This document shows positions 1-6,591 of a stretch of 12,818 nt of DNA, piece after piece. Location: assembly GCA_003645255.1 (NCBI GenBank), contig QNES01000128.1:1-12818 (forward strand), read 5' to 3'. The DNA is from Gammaproteobacteria bacterium. GTDB taxonomy: Bacteria; Pseudomonadota; Gammaproteobacteria; Beggiatoales; Beggiatoaceae. Positions within the stretch are counted from its first letter, which is position 1. Each line of letters opens with the position of its first letter. A program made the position numbers and the translations under genes. Below the pieces are notes generated by a model. It worked only from the letters and a program-made list of their open reading frames with translations, had not been told where the DNA came from and did no database searches.

Positions 1-406
1 CTTCTGGGATTTTGCCACCGCCGGCAAAAAACTCGCTAACTTGCACCTCAACTATGAACAGCAACCAGAATACCCCTTAAAATGGATGGCTCAACCTGAC
101 ATGCCCTTAAACTGGCGCGTCGACAAAATGAAACTCTCCCGCGACAAGCGACAAATCATTTACAACGACTCCCTCACCCTCGGCGGCATTCCACCTGAAG
201 CTTTTGAATACAAACTTGGTAATCGCTCCGCCCTTGATTGGGTTATTGATCAATATCGGATTAAAGTGGATAAACGGAGTGGCATTGTTAATGATCCGAA
301 TCGGTTGGATGATGAAGAATATATTGTGCGCTTAATTGCGAAAGTGGTTTTTGTGAGTTTGGAGACTGTGGGGATTGTGTTGAAATTATCGGATTTGACA
401 CTATAA
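1..406 (+). CDS. C-terminal end (partial; the ORF is open to the window start) of a Type ISP/IIG restriction-modification enzyme or N6-adenine DNA methyltransferase-endonuclease fusion
   Basis: The frame is open from position 2 with no upstream stop. The translated C-terminus is ...LSRDKRQIIYNDSLTLGGIPPEAFEYKLGNRSALDWVIDQYRIKVDKRSGIVNDPNR..DDEEYIVRLIAKVV.VSLETV. This matches the conserved extreme C-terminal motif of single-polypeptide Type IIG/ISP (LlaGI/MmeI-like) enzymes. The 5' portion of the gene lies outside the window. Confidence 0.7.
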   Translation, partial: FWDFATAGKKLANLHLNYEQQPEYPLKWMAQPDMPLNWRVDKMKLSRDKRQIIYNDSLTLGGIPPEAFEYKLGNRSALDWVIDQYRIKVDKRSGIVNDPNRLDDEEYIVRLIAKVVFVSLETVGIVLKLSDLTL

Positions 407-412
407 TAGATA

Positions 413-433
413 AACAACGCAGAGCGTTGTTTT
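413..433 (+). terminator. Putative intrinsic terminator of the RM gene
   Basis: Hairpin AACAACGC-aga-GCGTTGTT (8-bp stem) running straight into a T tract, 7 nt after the stop codon at 404..406. Confidence 0.5.
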
Positions 434-542
434 AGTTATTAACTCTTGTTGCAGCCATTTTAACGTCGAATAACTAAATTTGGAGGAAAAATTGCCTAAA
501 AACTGAGTTTGAAAACAACTAAAGGAGGAACTTAATATTTAA

Positions 543-1112
543 ATGAACAAATTATTGGTTGTGTTTATATTATCGTCTTGTTTTTTGTCATGTGTGCCAG
601 TTAAAAAACACAGCACAGATGAACAATTTACAAGTTTTATTGAGCAAGAAGTGACAACGGCTCAAAAAAGAGTCTATCATTTCAAGGTTAATGCTATACC
701 CTCAAATAGTACTATAAAGGTGATGAATATCACACCAAAATATCGACATAATATGAATCTTTCCTCAGGAAAGTATGATATTTTGGTTCAAAAAAAGGGT
801 TATAAATCTAATAGAAAGTGGATTGAGATAAAAGACAGAGATGTTACGATTAATGTGACTTTGCAAAAAGTCACTAAGTATCGTCAATCTTCCACTAAAA
901 AAGTCACTAAATCCCGTAAAAAATCTTCCACTAAATATGGGACCAAGCGACATCAAAAAAAGGCAAGTAAATCAGGTTGTTCTCCCAGAAAATCTTGCCG
1001 CACTGTCGCATCATGCAAGGAAGCCTATTACCATCTAAAAACTTGTGGTAATAAGAGGCTGGATAGGGATAAAGATGGTGTGCCCTGTGAATCAATTTGT
1101 TCTGGTGGTTAA
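543..1112 (+). CDS. Lysine-rich lipoprotein with a C-terminal Excalibur (calcium-binding, DxDxDGxxCE) domain
   Basis: The N-terminus MNKLLVVFILSSCFLSC carries a signal peptide with lipobox-like LSSC/FLSC. The middle is a K/S/T-rich low-complexity stretch (KVTKYRQSSTKKVTKSRKKSSTKYGTKRHQKK). The C-terminus reads CSPRKSCRTVASCKEAYYHLKTCGNKRLDRDKDGVPCESIC, which fits the Excalibur motif. A strong RBS AAAGGAGGA sits at 520..528. Confidence 0.65.
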   Translation: MNKLLVVFILSSCFLSCVPVKKHSTDEQFTSFIEQEVTTAQKRVYHFKVNAIPSNSTIKVMNITPKYRHNMNLSSGKYDILVQKKGYKSNRKWIEIKDRDVTINVTLQKVTKYRQSSTKKVTKSRKKSSTKYGTKRHQKKASKSGCSPRKSCRTVASCKEAYYHLKTCGNKRLDRDKDGVPCESICSGG

Positions 1113-1122
1113 GCCAACGTAG

Positions 1123-1166
1123 GGTGGGTTAGGAGCTTCTTCGCTGCAACCTGCCCATTTTTCTTC
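1123..1166 (+). terminator. Putative intrinsic terminator of the lipoprotein gene
   Basis: The RNA stem GGGUGGGUU / AACCUGCCC has 9 bp including two G-U wobbles, with a 17-nt loop. It is followed by ATTTTTCTTC, 11 nt after the stop. Confidence 0.4.
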
Positions 1167-1200
1167 AACCTTCATATCATAAAACAACAAGAACTATAAT

Positions 1201-1324
1201 AATAATTCTAAGTGCCTTCAGCGGTGTTGGTAAAACCACTCTCGCAGTACATGTGGCTGGTTTACTCGCAGAAACAGGGCGAGTATTATTAATTGAGGCT
1301 ACCAACTTAACCCGCGACACCTAA
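1201..1324 (+). pseudogene. ParA/MinD-family partition ATPase N-terminal fragment, frameshifted, with no start codon
   Basis: The translation IIILSAFSGVGKTTLAVHVAG has a degenerate Walker-A P-loop. After a 1-nt frame change at the TTT run near 1261 it continues as LLAETGRVLLIEATNLTRDT*. Only about 40 codons remain. Confidence 0.4.
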
Positions 1325-1432
1325 TAAAATCAAATTAAGTTGAAAGCCTAATTTTCTATTCCCTTTACGCAAAGTACAACAGCCCCCCCATTGTTTTTTT
1401 GTAATTCTATCAATCAAACCAAAATATCAGTT

Positions 1433-1714
1433 ATGAAAAGTTTTCATTTTGAATGGGATCAGAATAAAAATCGATCAAACCATGAGAAACATGCTGTATC
1501 ATTTGAGGAAGCTCTAACCGTTTTTTACGATGAAAATGCTGTTGAATATTATGACGATAATCATTCCTCAGAAGAAGAACGTTTTATTATGTTAGGAATC
1601 AGTTATCAACTGAGATTACTCGTGGTATGCTATTGCATAAGGAACAGTGATGCCATTAGAATTATATCAGCCAGAAAAACGACTAAAAAGGAGGCAAAAG
1701 CCTATGGAAAATGA
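1433..1714 (+). CDS. brnT: BrnT toxin (DUF497 ribonuclease) of a BrnT/BrnA type II TA pair
   Basis: MKSFHFEWDQNKNRSNHEKHAVSFEEALTVFYDENAVEYYDDNHSSEEERFIMLGIS..LLVVCYCIRNSDAIRIISARKTTKKEAKAY matches the BrnT/DUF497 consensus (FEWD..K...N..KHGVSFEEA...F.D......D..HS..E.R......S....LL.VV...R.D.IRIISAR.A...E). The start was chosen at the ATG at 1433, not the upstream in-frame ATG at 1391. Confidence 0.8.
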   Translation: MKSFHFEWDQNKNRSNHEKHAVSFEEALTVFYDENAVEYYDDNHSSEEERFIMLGISYQLRLLVVCYCIRNSDAIRIISARKTTKKEAKAYGK

Positions 1715-1922
1715 ATATGACTTTGAAAAGATGACAAGGCGTAAAAACCCTTACGCGTCAAAACTAAAACAACAAATTACGATTAAAGTAGAAACTGATA
1801 TATTAGAATATTTTCAAGATCGATCAAAAGAGACCGGAATACCCTACCAACAACTCATCAACTTATATTTACGTGACTGTGTTGTTTCTAATCGTAAACC
1901 TGTTCTTACTTGGGTATCTTAA
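1704..1922 (+). CDS. brnA: BrnA antitoxin (DUF4415-like), partner of BrnT
   Basis: MENEYDFEKMTRRKNPYASKLKQQITIKVETDILEYFQDRSKETGIPYQQLINLYLRDC matches BrnA (KNPYA..LKKQ.TIRLD.DV..YFK.....GIPYQTLIN.YLRD). Its ATG overlaps the BrnT stop in ATGGAAAATGA, an 11-nt coding overlap. Confidence 0.8.
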   Translation: MENEYDFEKMTRRKNPYASKLKQQITIKVETDILEYFQDRSKETGIPYQQLINLYLRDCVVSNRKPVLTWVS

Positions 1923-2092
1923 TAAAGCAAGCATAGCCAGTGGGTAGGTATTTGCTACGCTAAACTCAAACACAGCCAAGCGATAGATATCAACCCATCA
2001 TTTTTCGGCTAATTATTAATGAACGGTGGGTTTAACTTCGGTAACCTCGTATCGTTCTTCTATAGATATTCATAAAAATAACTTCCAAAAAT

Positions 2093-2117
2093 CTGACAGG
2101 TATTCGAGACCTGTCAG
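2093..2117. terminator. Perfect 9-bp hairpin, probably a bidirectional terminator with its U-tract on the minus strand
   Basis: CTGACAGGT-attcgag-ACCTGTCAG. On the minus strand it is followed by ATTTTTGGAAGTTATTTTTATG. On the plus strand it is followed by GTTTAAAGTG. Confidence 0.35.
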
Positions 2118-2181
2118 GTTTAAAGTGTGAAGTTATTTATCTGAAAAACTATATACACCTAACGAACACCAACCAGCTAAT

Positions 2182-2385
2182 GAATACAAACTTGGTAATC
2201 GCTCTGCCCTTGACTGGATTATTGATCAATATCGGATTAAAATGGATAAAAGGAGTGGGATTGTTAATGATCCCAATCGGTTGGATGATGAAGAGTATAT
2301 TGTGCGGTTAATTGCGAAAGTGGTGACGGTTAGTTTGGAAACGGTGGGAATAATTGAAAAATTAGTTAAGATTTTAATAGATTAA
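2182..2385 (+). pseudogene. Orphan duplicate of the last ~68 codons of a Type ISP/IIG RM gene (3' remnant, no start codon)
   Basis: The translation EYKLGNRSALDWIIDQYRIKMDKRSGIVNDPNRLDDEEYIVRLIAKVVTVSLETVGIIEKLVKILID* is about 90% nucleotide-identical to 206..385. Homology begins abruptly at the EYKLG codons, and there is an in-frame stop upstream at 2128..2130. Confidence 0.6.
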
Positions 2386-2468
2386 AATTTCTGTACTTGA
2401 TGTTCAATTTTTTAAAAATACTATTTTTGCACAAATAGTATTTCTTTAAGCTTTTTAACTTTAAAAAC

Positions 2469-2498
2469 TTGAACATCAAGTTGTATATATGATATACT
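2469..2498 (+). promoter_or_regulatory. Sigma70-like promoter for the TMEM43-family gene, embedded in nested palindromes
   Basis: -35 TTGAAC (2469..2474), an 18-nt spacer, then -10 TATACT (2493..2498). The RBS GGAG at 2537..2540 lies 10 nt before the ATG at 2551. The palindromes GTATATatgATATAC and ACTTGtCAAGT overlap the spacer and -10 region. Confidence 0.35.
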
Positions 2499-2550
2499 TG
2501 TCAAGTTCAATTTTTGCAACAACAAGAAACACAGATGGAGAAATTTTTAG

Positions 2551-3297
2551 ATGTTTAATTCATATACCAGCGTAACCCATAAATCATGGGGTGATCGCAT
2601 TAAAGAAAGCTTTATACTTGCTGCATTGGGGCTCTGTTTATTTTTCGTCGCATTTCCAGTGCTGTTTTTGAACGAAGGTCGTTCTGTTTACCAGGTACAA
2701 AAATTGGAATATGGCAAAAGTATCGTGGTTCCAATTAATGCCGATAGTGTAGCAAAAGATAATGAGGGCAAACTGGTTCATACAAGTGGTGAGGCCACAA
2801 CGGATGAAACTTTGACAGATGAGGTGCTTGGGGTTAAAGCTGCCGAAACTATCAAGTTACAGCGCGTGGTAGAAATGTACCAGTGGCAGGAACATGAATC
2901 CTCAGTGACTGAAGAACACTATGGAGGTGATGAAACAACGACAACGACCTATTCCTATTCAGAAGAATGGTCAGATGATCCCATTGACTCCAGCAGTTTT
3001 GACGAGTCCAACGAACATCGCAATCCTGATATGCCAATTCACGGAAAAGAAATTAAGGCTCAACAGGTGACACTGGGTCAGTTTTCCCTATCGGAATACT
3101 TTATTGGGCATATGGACGATTATCAACCTCTGCAAATGCCAGATGAAGAACAGACGCAGGTGTTGGAAAAACTCAGTGCCTTAATGGAAGGTAAAAAAAA
3201 CAAACTTACGGTGACTATTATTACGTCAGTGAAAACCCTGCTGCTCCTCAAATCGGTGATCTACGGATACGATTTAAAGTTGTCCTGCCTGCTATAA
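2551..3297 (+). CDS. TMEM43/DUF1625-family membrane protein, N-terminal part, terminated early by a frameshift in an A8 tract
   Basis: SWGDRIKESFILAALGLCLFFVAFPVLFLNEGRSV has the N-terminal TM segment plus the NEGR motif, and VVEMYQWQEHE follows. Both are hallmarks of the TMEM43/DUF1625 family. The reading frame changes at AAAAAAAA 3193..3200, and the true protein continues in frame 0. Confidence 0.6.
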   Translation: MFNSYTSVTHKSWGDRIKESFILAALGLCLFFVAFPVLFLNEGRSVYQVQKLEYGKSIVVPINADSVAKDNEGKLVHTSGEATTDETLTDEVLGVKAAETIKLQRVVEMYQWQEHESSVTEEHYGGDETTTTTYSYSEEWSDDPIDSSSFDESNEHRNPDMPIHGKEIKAQQVTLGQFSLSEYFIGHMDDYQPLQMPDEEQTQVLEKLSALMEGKKNKLTVTIITSVKTLLLLKSVIYGYDLKLSCLL

Positions 3298-3329
3298 TAT
3301 CTGTTGTTGCCAAACAAGCCGGTACTAGC

Positions 3330-4208
3330 TTGGATACCTACACAACTGAACGGGATTTTAGCCTTAAATTTTATGGTTTTTCAATCGTTGACAATAACAT
3401 TCAACTTTTTGAATATGGCAATGTGACAGCCAATAGCATGTTTAAACACGCCAAACAGGCTAATGCACTCATGACCTGGATTTTTCGCCTTATTGGCCTT
3501 ATTATGATGTTTGTTGGCTTACGTATGATATTCGGTGTACTGGAAAAACTTGCAGCGGTCGTACCGTTTTTTGGCAAGATTATTGGATTCTTCAGTTCTT
3601 TGATAGCTTTTGTCATAGCTGCTGTACTTTCCTTAATCACCATTGCAATTGCTTGGTTATTTTTCCGCCCATTGTTAAGTGTCATACTTTTCATGATTGC
3701 AGGTGGACTTTTGTATTTATTAAAATATTTGCGTAAACAACCACAACAAGAGCCAATGATGGTTCCTGGAATGGGAGTACCTCAACCGATGCTAATCCCT
3801 CAGCAAGGTGTTCCACAAGCAATGGTTATGCCTCAAGGCACTCAACCAATGCCTCAAGGCGCTCAAGTTGTCATGGCTCAACCAATGCCTCAAGGCGCTC
3901 AAGTCGTCATGGCTCAACCAATGCCTCAAGGCGCTCAAGTTGTCATGGCTCAACCAATGCCTCAAGGCGCTCAAGTTGTCATGGCTCAACCAATGCCTCA
4001 AGGTGCTCAAGTCGTCATGGCTCAACCAATGCCTCAAGGCGCTCAACCCGTCATGGTTCAACCAATGGTAATGCCTCAAGCCGTTCAACAAACAGGCGTT
4101 CCCCAAAACGTCAATTCGGTCCAACAGTATGGGGTGACAACAGCCGTTACACATCCACAAACTCCACCAATGCTGGTTCCTGAGATGGTAATCCCCCCAA
4201 AGTCATAA
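3330..4208 (+). CDS. TMEM43/DUF1625-family membrane protein, C-terminal part (3 TM helices plus a Pro/Gln/Met-rich tandem-repeat tail)
   Basis: Frame 0 is open from 3195 as KKQTYGDYYYVSENPAAPQIGDLRIRFKVVLPAIISVVAKQ..., so the ORF caller's TTG start at 3330 is an artefact. The three hydrophobic helices (WIFRLIGLIMMFVGL, VVPFFGKIIGFFSSLIAFVIAAVLSLITIAIAWLF, LLSVILFMIAGGLLYLL) match the TMEM43 C-terminal region. The tail carries 6x PMPQGAQVVMAQ. Confidence 0.6.
   Translation: MDTYTTERDFSLKFYGFSIVDNNIQLFEYGNVTANSMFKHAKQANALMTWIFRLIGLIMMFVGLRMIFGVLEKLAAVVPFFGKIIGFFSSLIAFVIAAVLSLITIAIAWLFFRPLLSVILFMIAGGLLYLLKYLRKQPQQEPMMVPGMGVPQPMLIPQQGVPQAMVMPQGTQPMPQGAQVVMAQPMPQGAQVVMAQPMPQGAQVVMAQPMPQGAQVVMAQPMPQGAQVVMAQPMPQGAQPVMVQPMVMPQAVQQTGVPQNVNSVQQYGVTTAVTHPQTPPMLVPEMVIPPKS
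3843..4075 (+). repeat. Tandem 36-bp direct repeat (about 6.5 copies) encoding PMPQGAQVVMAQ
   Basis: The unit caaccaatgcctcaaggcgctcaagttgtcatggct repeats near-perfectly, with only synonymous gtt/gtc and ggc/ggt changes. It creates spurious ORFs on both strands (3808..4071+, 3792..4160-). Confidence 0.9.
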
Positions 4209-4247
4209 TTAAGTAGCTGTACAAAAGTTTATTAACATTTTAGGTAG

Positions 4248-4275
4248 GGTGGGCAAAGTGTTTTTATTGCCCACC
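4248..4275 (+). terminator. GC-rich hairpin downstream of the TMEM43 gene (putative terminator)
   Basis: GGTGGGCAA-agtgttttta-TTGCCCACC has a 9-bp stem and sits 40 nt after the stop at 4206..4208. The T-run lies in the loop, not 3' of the stem, so the assignment is tentative. Confidence 0.35.
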
Positions 4276-4345
4276 GACAGTTAAAAAAGTCCAAAATTTA
4301 CCCGTTATTAGTATTGTTAATTGGGAGTGATAAAAAATACAGAAT

Positions 4346-5470
4346 ATGATGCAAAATGATGAATTAATGGAAATCGAAAAAGAAGAAGTTGGAGAGTTTG
4401 ATGTTGCTTCAGAAGATACCGATTCTCCCTTTAAACCTAAAGATATTGATATTGCTATCGAACAAAATAGTTTGTCAACGATTATTGGCATGATTGAAGA
4501 TGATGCCATTGATATGAATACCGAATTTCAAAGGAGTGGTAATTTATGGGCTGAATCAGTGATGAGTCGGCTTATCGAATCTATTTTATTGCGTTTACCT
4601 TTGCCAGTATTTTATTTTGACGCTTCTGATGATAATAGGTGGCTCATTGTAGATGGCTTACAACGGCTTTCGACATTTAAACGCTTTATGATTGATCACA
4701 ATTTAACGTTAGATGGTTTAGAGATACTGACTGATCTCAATGGTAAAACTTATGAACAATTAAGCCATCTTCTCAAACGAAAAATGGCACGTTATCAAGT
4801 AACCACTTATTTGATCAAACCGGGAACGCCAAAAAGAGTGAAATATGATATTTTTCGGCGAATCAATACGGGTGGGCTTATTTTAACCACACAAGAAATA
4901 CGTCATGTACTCAATCAAGGAAAATCAACCAGTTATCTAAACAAATTGGTTGAAGATAGTCGCTTTACCAAGATTATTCGTCTTAAAGACAATCGAATGC
5001 AAGCGCGTGAATTAATTGTGCGTTATTTGGCTTTTTCCATGACACCTTATCAAGAATATTATCAAGAATTTAAGGGAGCCAATTTTACTGTGTTTCTTGA
5101 TAAAGCAATGGAAAAATTAGCCCATTTGAGTCCTGCAAAACAAGAACAGTTTAAAAGTAATCTTTGGAAAGCATTGCGAGTTTGCCATGCATTATTTGGT
5201 GAACATATTTTTAGTAAATCCATTCTTGATGGTCATAAAAGGCAAAACGGTGCTTTATTTGAAGTATGGACTGTACTCATTGGACAATTGAGTCATAGCG
5301 AAAATAAACGTTTATTGTCATCAAAATCTCAGCTAATTAAGGAATTCAAATCATTGTTGAAAAATGATGATGATTTTTTTAAATCAGTCTCTCGCTCAAC
5401 TTTAAGCAAAAATCTGGTGATAAAAAGATTTGAAACCATTGAATCGCTGATTAAAAAATATACCTTATGA
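4346..5470 (+). CDS. DUF262-domain protein (ParB/sulfiredoxin-fold, GmrSD/DndB-like N-terminal domain) with no DUF1524/HNH C-terminal domain
   Basis: NTEFQRSGNLWAESVMSRLIESILLRLPLPVFYFDASDDNRWLIVDGLQRLSTFKRF matches the DUF262 core (FQR...W.....LIDSI..G.P....................DGQQRLTT). The DGQQR signature appears here as DGLQR at 4652..4666. The C-terminal half contains the RELIVRYLAF helical region. Its stop overlaps the next gene's start in ATGA. Confidence 0.8.
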   Translation: MMQNDELMEIEKEEVGEFDVASEDTDSPFKPKDIDIAIEQNSLSTIIGMIEDDAIDMNTEFQRSGNLWAESVMSRLIESILLRLPLPVFYFDASDDNRWLIVDGLQRLSTFKRFMIDHNLTLDGLEILTDLNGKTYEQLSHLLKRKMARYQVTTYLIKPGTPKRVKYDIFRRINTGGLILTTQEIRHVLNQGKSTSYLNKLVEDSRFTKIIRLKDNRMQARELIVRYLAFSMTPYQEYYQEFKGANFTVFLDKAMEKLAHLSPAKQEQFKSNLWKALRVCHALFGEHIFSKSILDGHKRQNGALFEVWTVLIGQLSHSENKRLLSSKSQLIKEFKSLLKNDDDFFKSVSRSTLSKNLVIKRFETIESLIKKYTL

Positions 5471-6585
5471 TCACGAATATTTACGTACAAAACTTCAAAG
5501 CTTTTCAGGAGGCTGAAATACCGCCCTGCCCACTCAATATTCTCACCGGTTTAAATGGCATGGGTAAATCGACGTTTCTGCAAAGCTTATTATTGCTCAG
5601 GCAATCTTATCGACAAAACACCTTATTAGATAAGGGCTTATTATTAAATGGTGAATATATTGAAATTGGTAAAGGCAAAGATGCTTATGCAATGTATGGC
5701 ACCACGGAAAAGCTCATTACCTTTGAAGTAGAATGGAACGAAGAAATAGAACTTCGTTGCGAATTTGAATCACGCGATGAATTAGATTTACTGCCCACCC
5801 ATCAACAACTCCAAATTTCCGATCAAAAAGTGTGGCAACAAGCCTTATTTCAGGATAAGTGGCAATATTTAAACACCGAAAGAGTGAGTCCTAAAACCTT
5901 TTTTCCGGCTTCAGCTTATCATATTGAACAAATCCATACTTTGGGCAATCACGGCGAATTTACCACGCATTTTATTGCGAAAAATCAACGCAAAGATATT
6001 CCCATAAAAGCCTTAGCGCATCCAAAAGCAAACTCTCTCGCTTTACTCGCCCAATTAGATGCGTGGTTGGGAGAAATTACGCCCAATATTCGCTTGACTT
6101 CTGTTTTATATAATGAATTTGAAATTGCCCGATTATCGTATAAGTTTGAAGTCGGTGAAGAATTTACCGAAGATATGAAACCCACCAACGTCGGGTTTGG
6201 CTTGACTTACGTCTTACCCGTCGTGACTGCCGTTTTATTTGCCAATCCTGGTGACTTACTCATTATTGAAAATCCAGAATCCCATTTACATCCGCAAGGG
6301 CAAGCTCGGTTAGGAAAATTGTTTGCGCAAGCGGCTGAACAGGGTGTACAACTGTTCATTGAAACCCATAGCGATCATGTTCTCAATGGCGTGCGTGTTG
6401 CCACAAAACAACAGTTAATTTCACCGGAAAATGTGGGTATTTTCTTTTTTGAACGCCATTTGGAAGCTAATGAACATCGAACTGAAATTATTCAGCCGAT
6501 TATAGATGAAAATGGTCGAATTAATCAATGGCCATCAGGCTTTTTTGATGAATGGGGTAATCAGTTAGATGAATTATTGAAATAA
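5467..6585 (+). CDS. RecF/ABC-like AAA ATPase (AAA_21-type) with a DUF3696 C-terminal region
   Basis: The N-terminus MITNIYVQNFKAFQEAEI..LNILTGLNGMGKSTFLQSLL is an SMC/RecF-like N-terminus with a Walker A motif (5548..5574). Walker B/D-loop reads DLLIIENPESHLHP (ENPE at 6268..6279). The C-terminus reads LFIETHSDHVLNGVRVA...NQWPSGFFDEW, consistent with the DUF3696 (THSDH..NG.R) signature. It overlaps the upstream gene by 4 nt (ATGA). Confidence 0.8.
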   Translation: MITNIYVQNFKAFQEAEIPPCPLNILTGLNGMGKSTFLQSLLLLRQSYRQNTLLDKGLLLNGEYIEIGKGKDAYAMYGTTEKLITFEVEWNEEIELRCEFESRDELDLLPTHQQLQISDQKVWQQALFQDKWQYLNTERVSPKTFFPASAYHIEQIHTLGNHGEFTTHFIAKNQRKDIPIKALAHPKANSLALLAQLDAWLGEITPNIRLTSVLYNEFEIARLSYKFEVGEEFTEDMKPTNVGFGLTYVLPVVTAVLFANPGDLLIIENPESHLHPQGQARLGKLFAQAAEQGVQLFIETHSDHVLNGVRVATKQQLISPENVGIFFFERHLEANEHRTEIIQPIIDENGRINQWPSGFFDEWGNQLDELLK

Positions 6586-6591
6586 CACGCT

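Noticed and set aside
765-956. 63-aa minus-strand ORF
   Set aside because: It is antisense to the lipoprotein CDS within its K-rich low-complexity region.
1391-1432. Upstream ATG at 1391 for BrnT, and 1647 for BrnA
   Set aside because: BrnT family proteins begin at the MK.F.FEWD motif, so the start is 1433. BrnA homology begins at MENEYDF, and the start at 1704 gives the canonical stop/start overlap.
1923-2092. Searched the BrnA-to-hairpin spacer for an ncRNA or small ORF
   Set aside because: No convincing structure or ORF was found beyond short 4-bp stems.
2852-3694. Minus-strand ORFs at 2852..3037 and 3401..3694, and 5985..6188
   Set aside because: They are antisense to TMEM43 and ATPase CDSs with recognised domains.
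3843-4075. Possible CRISPR array (regular 36-bp repeats)
   Set aside because: The copies are directly adjacent with no spacers, and they lie in-frame within a coding sequence. This is a protein-coding tandem repeat.
3792-4160. 122-aa minus-strand ORF (LSHDNLSALRHW repeats) and the 87-aa plus-strand ORF at 3808..4071
   Set aside because: Both are alternative-frame readings of the 36-bp tandem repeat inside the TMEM43 gene tail. They are artefacts of repeat periodicity, not genes.
4264-4509. 81-aa minus-strand ORF overlapping the start of the DUF262 gene
   Set aside because: Antisense to a strongly supported CDS, with a Ser-rich low-complexity product.
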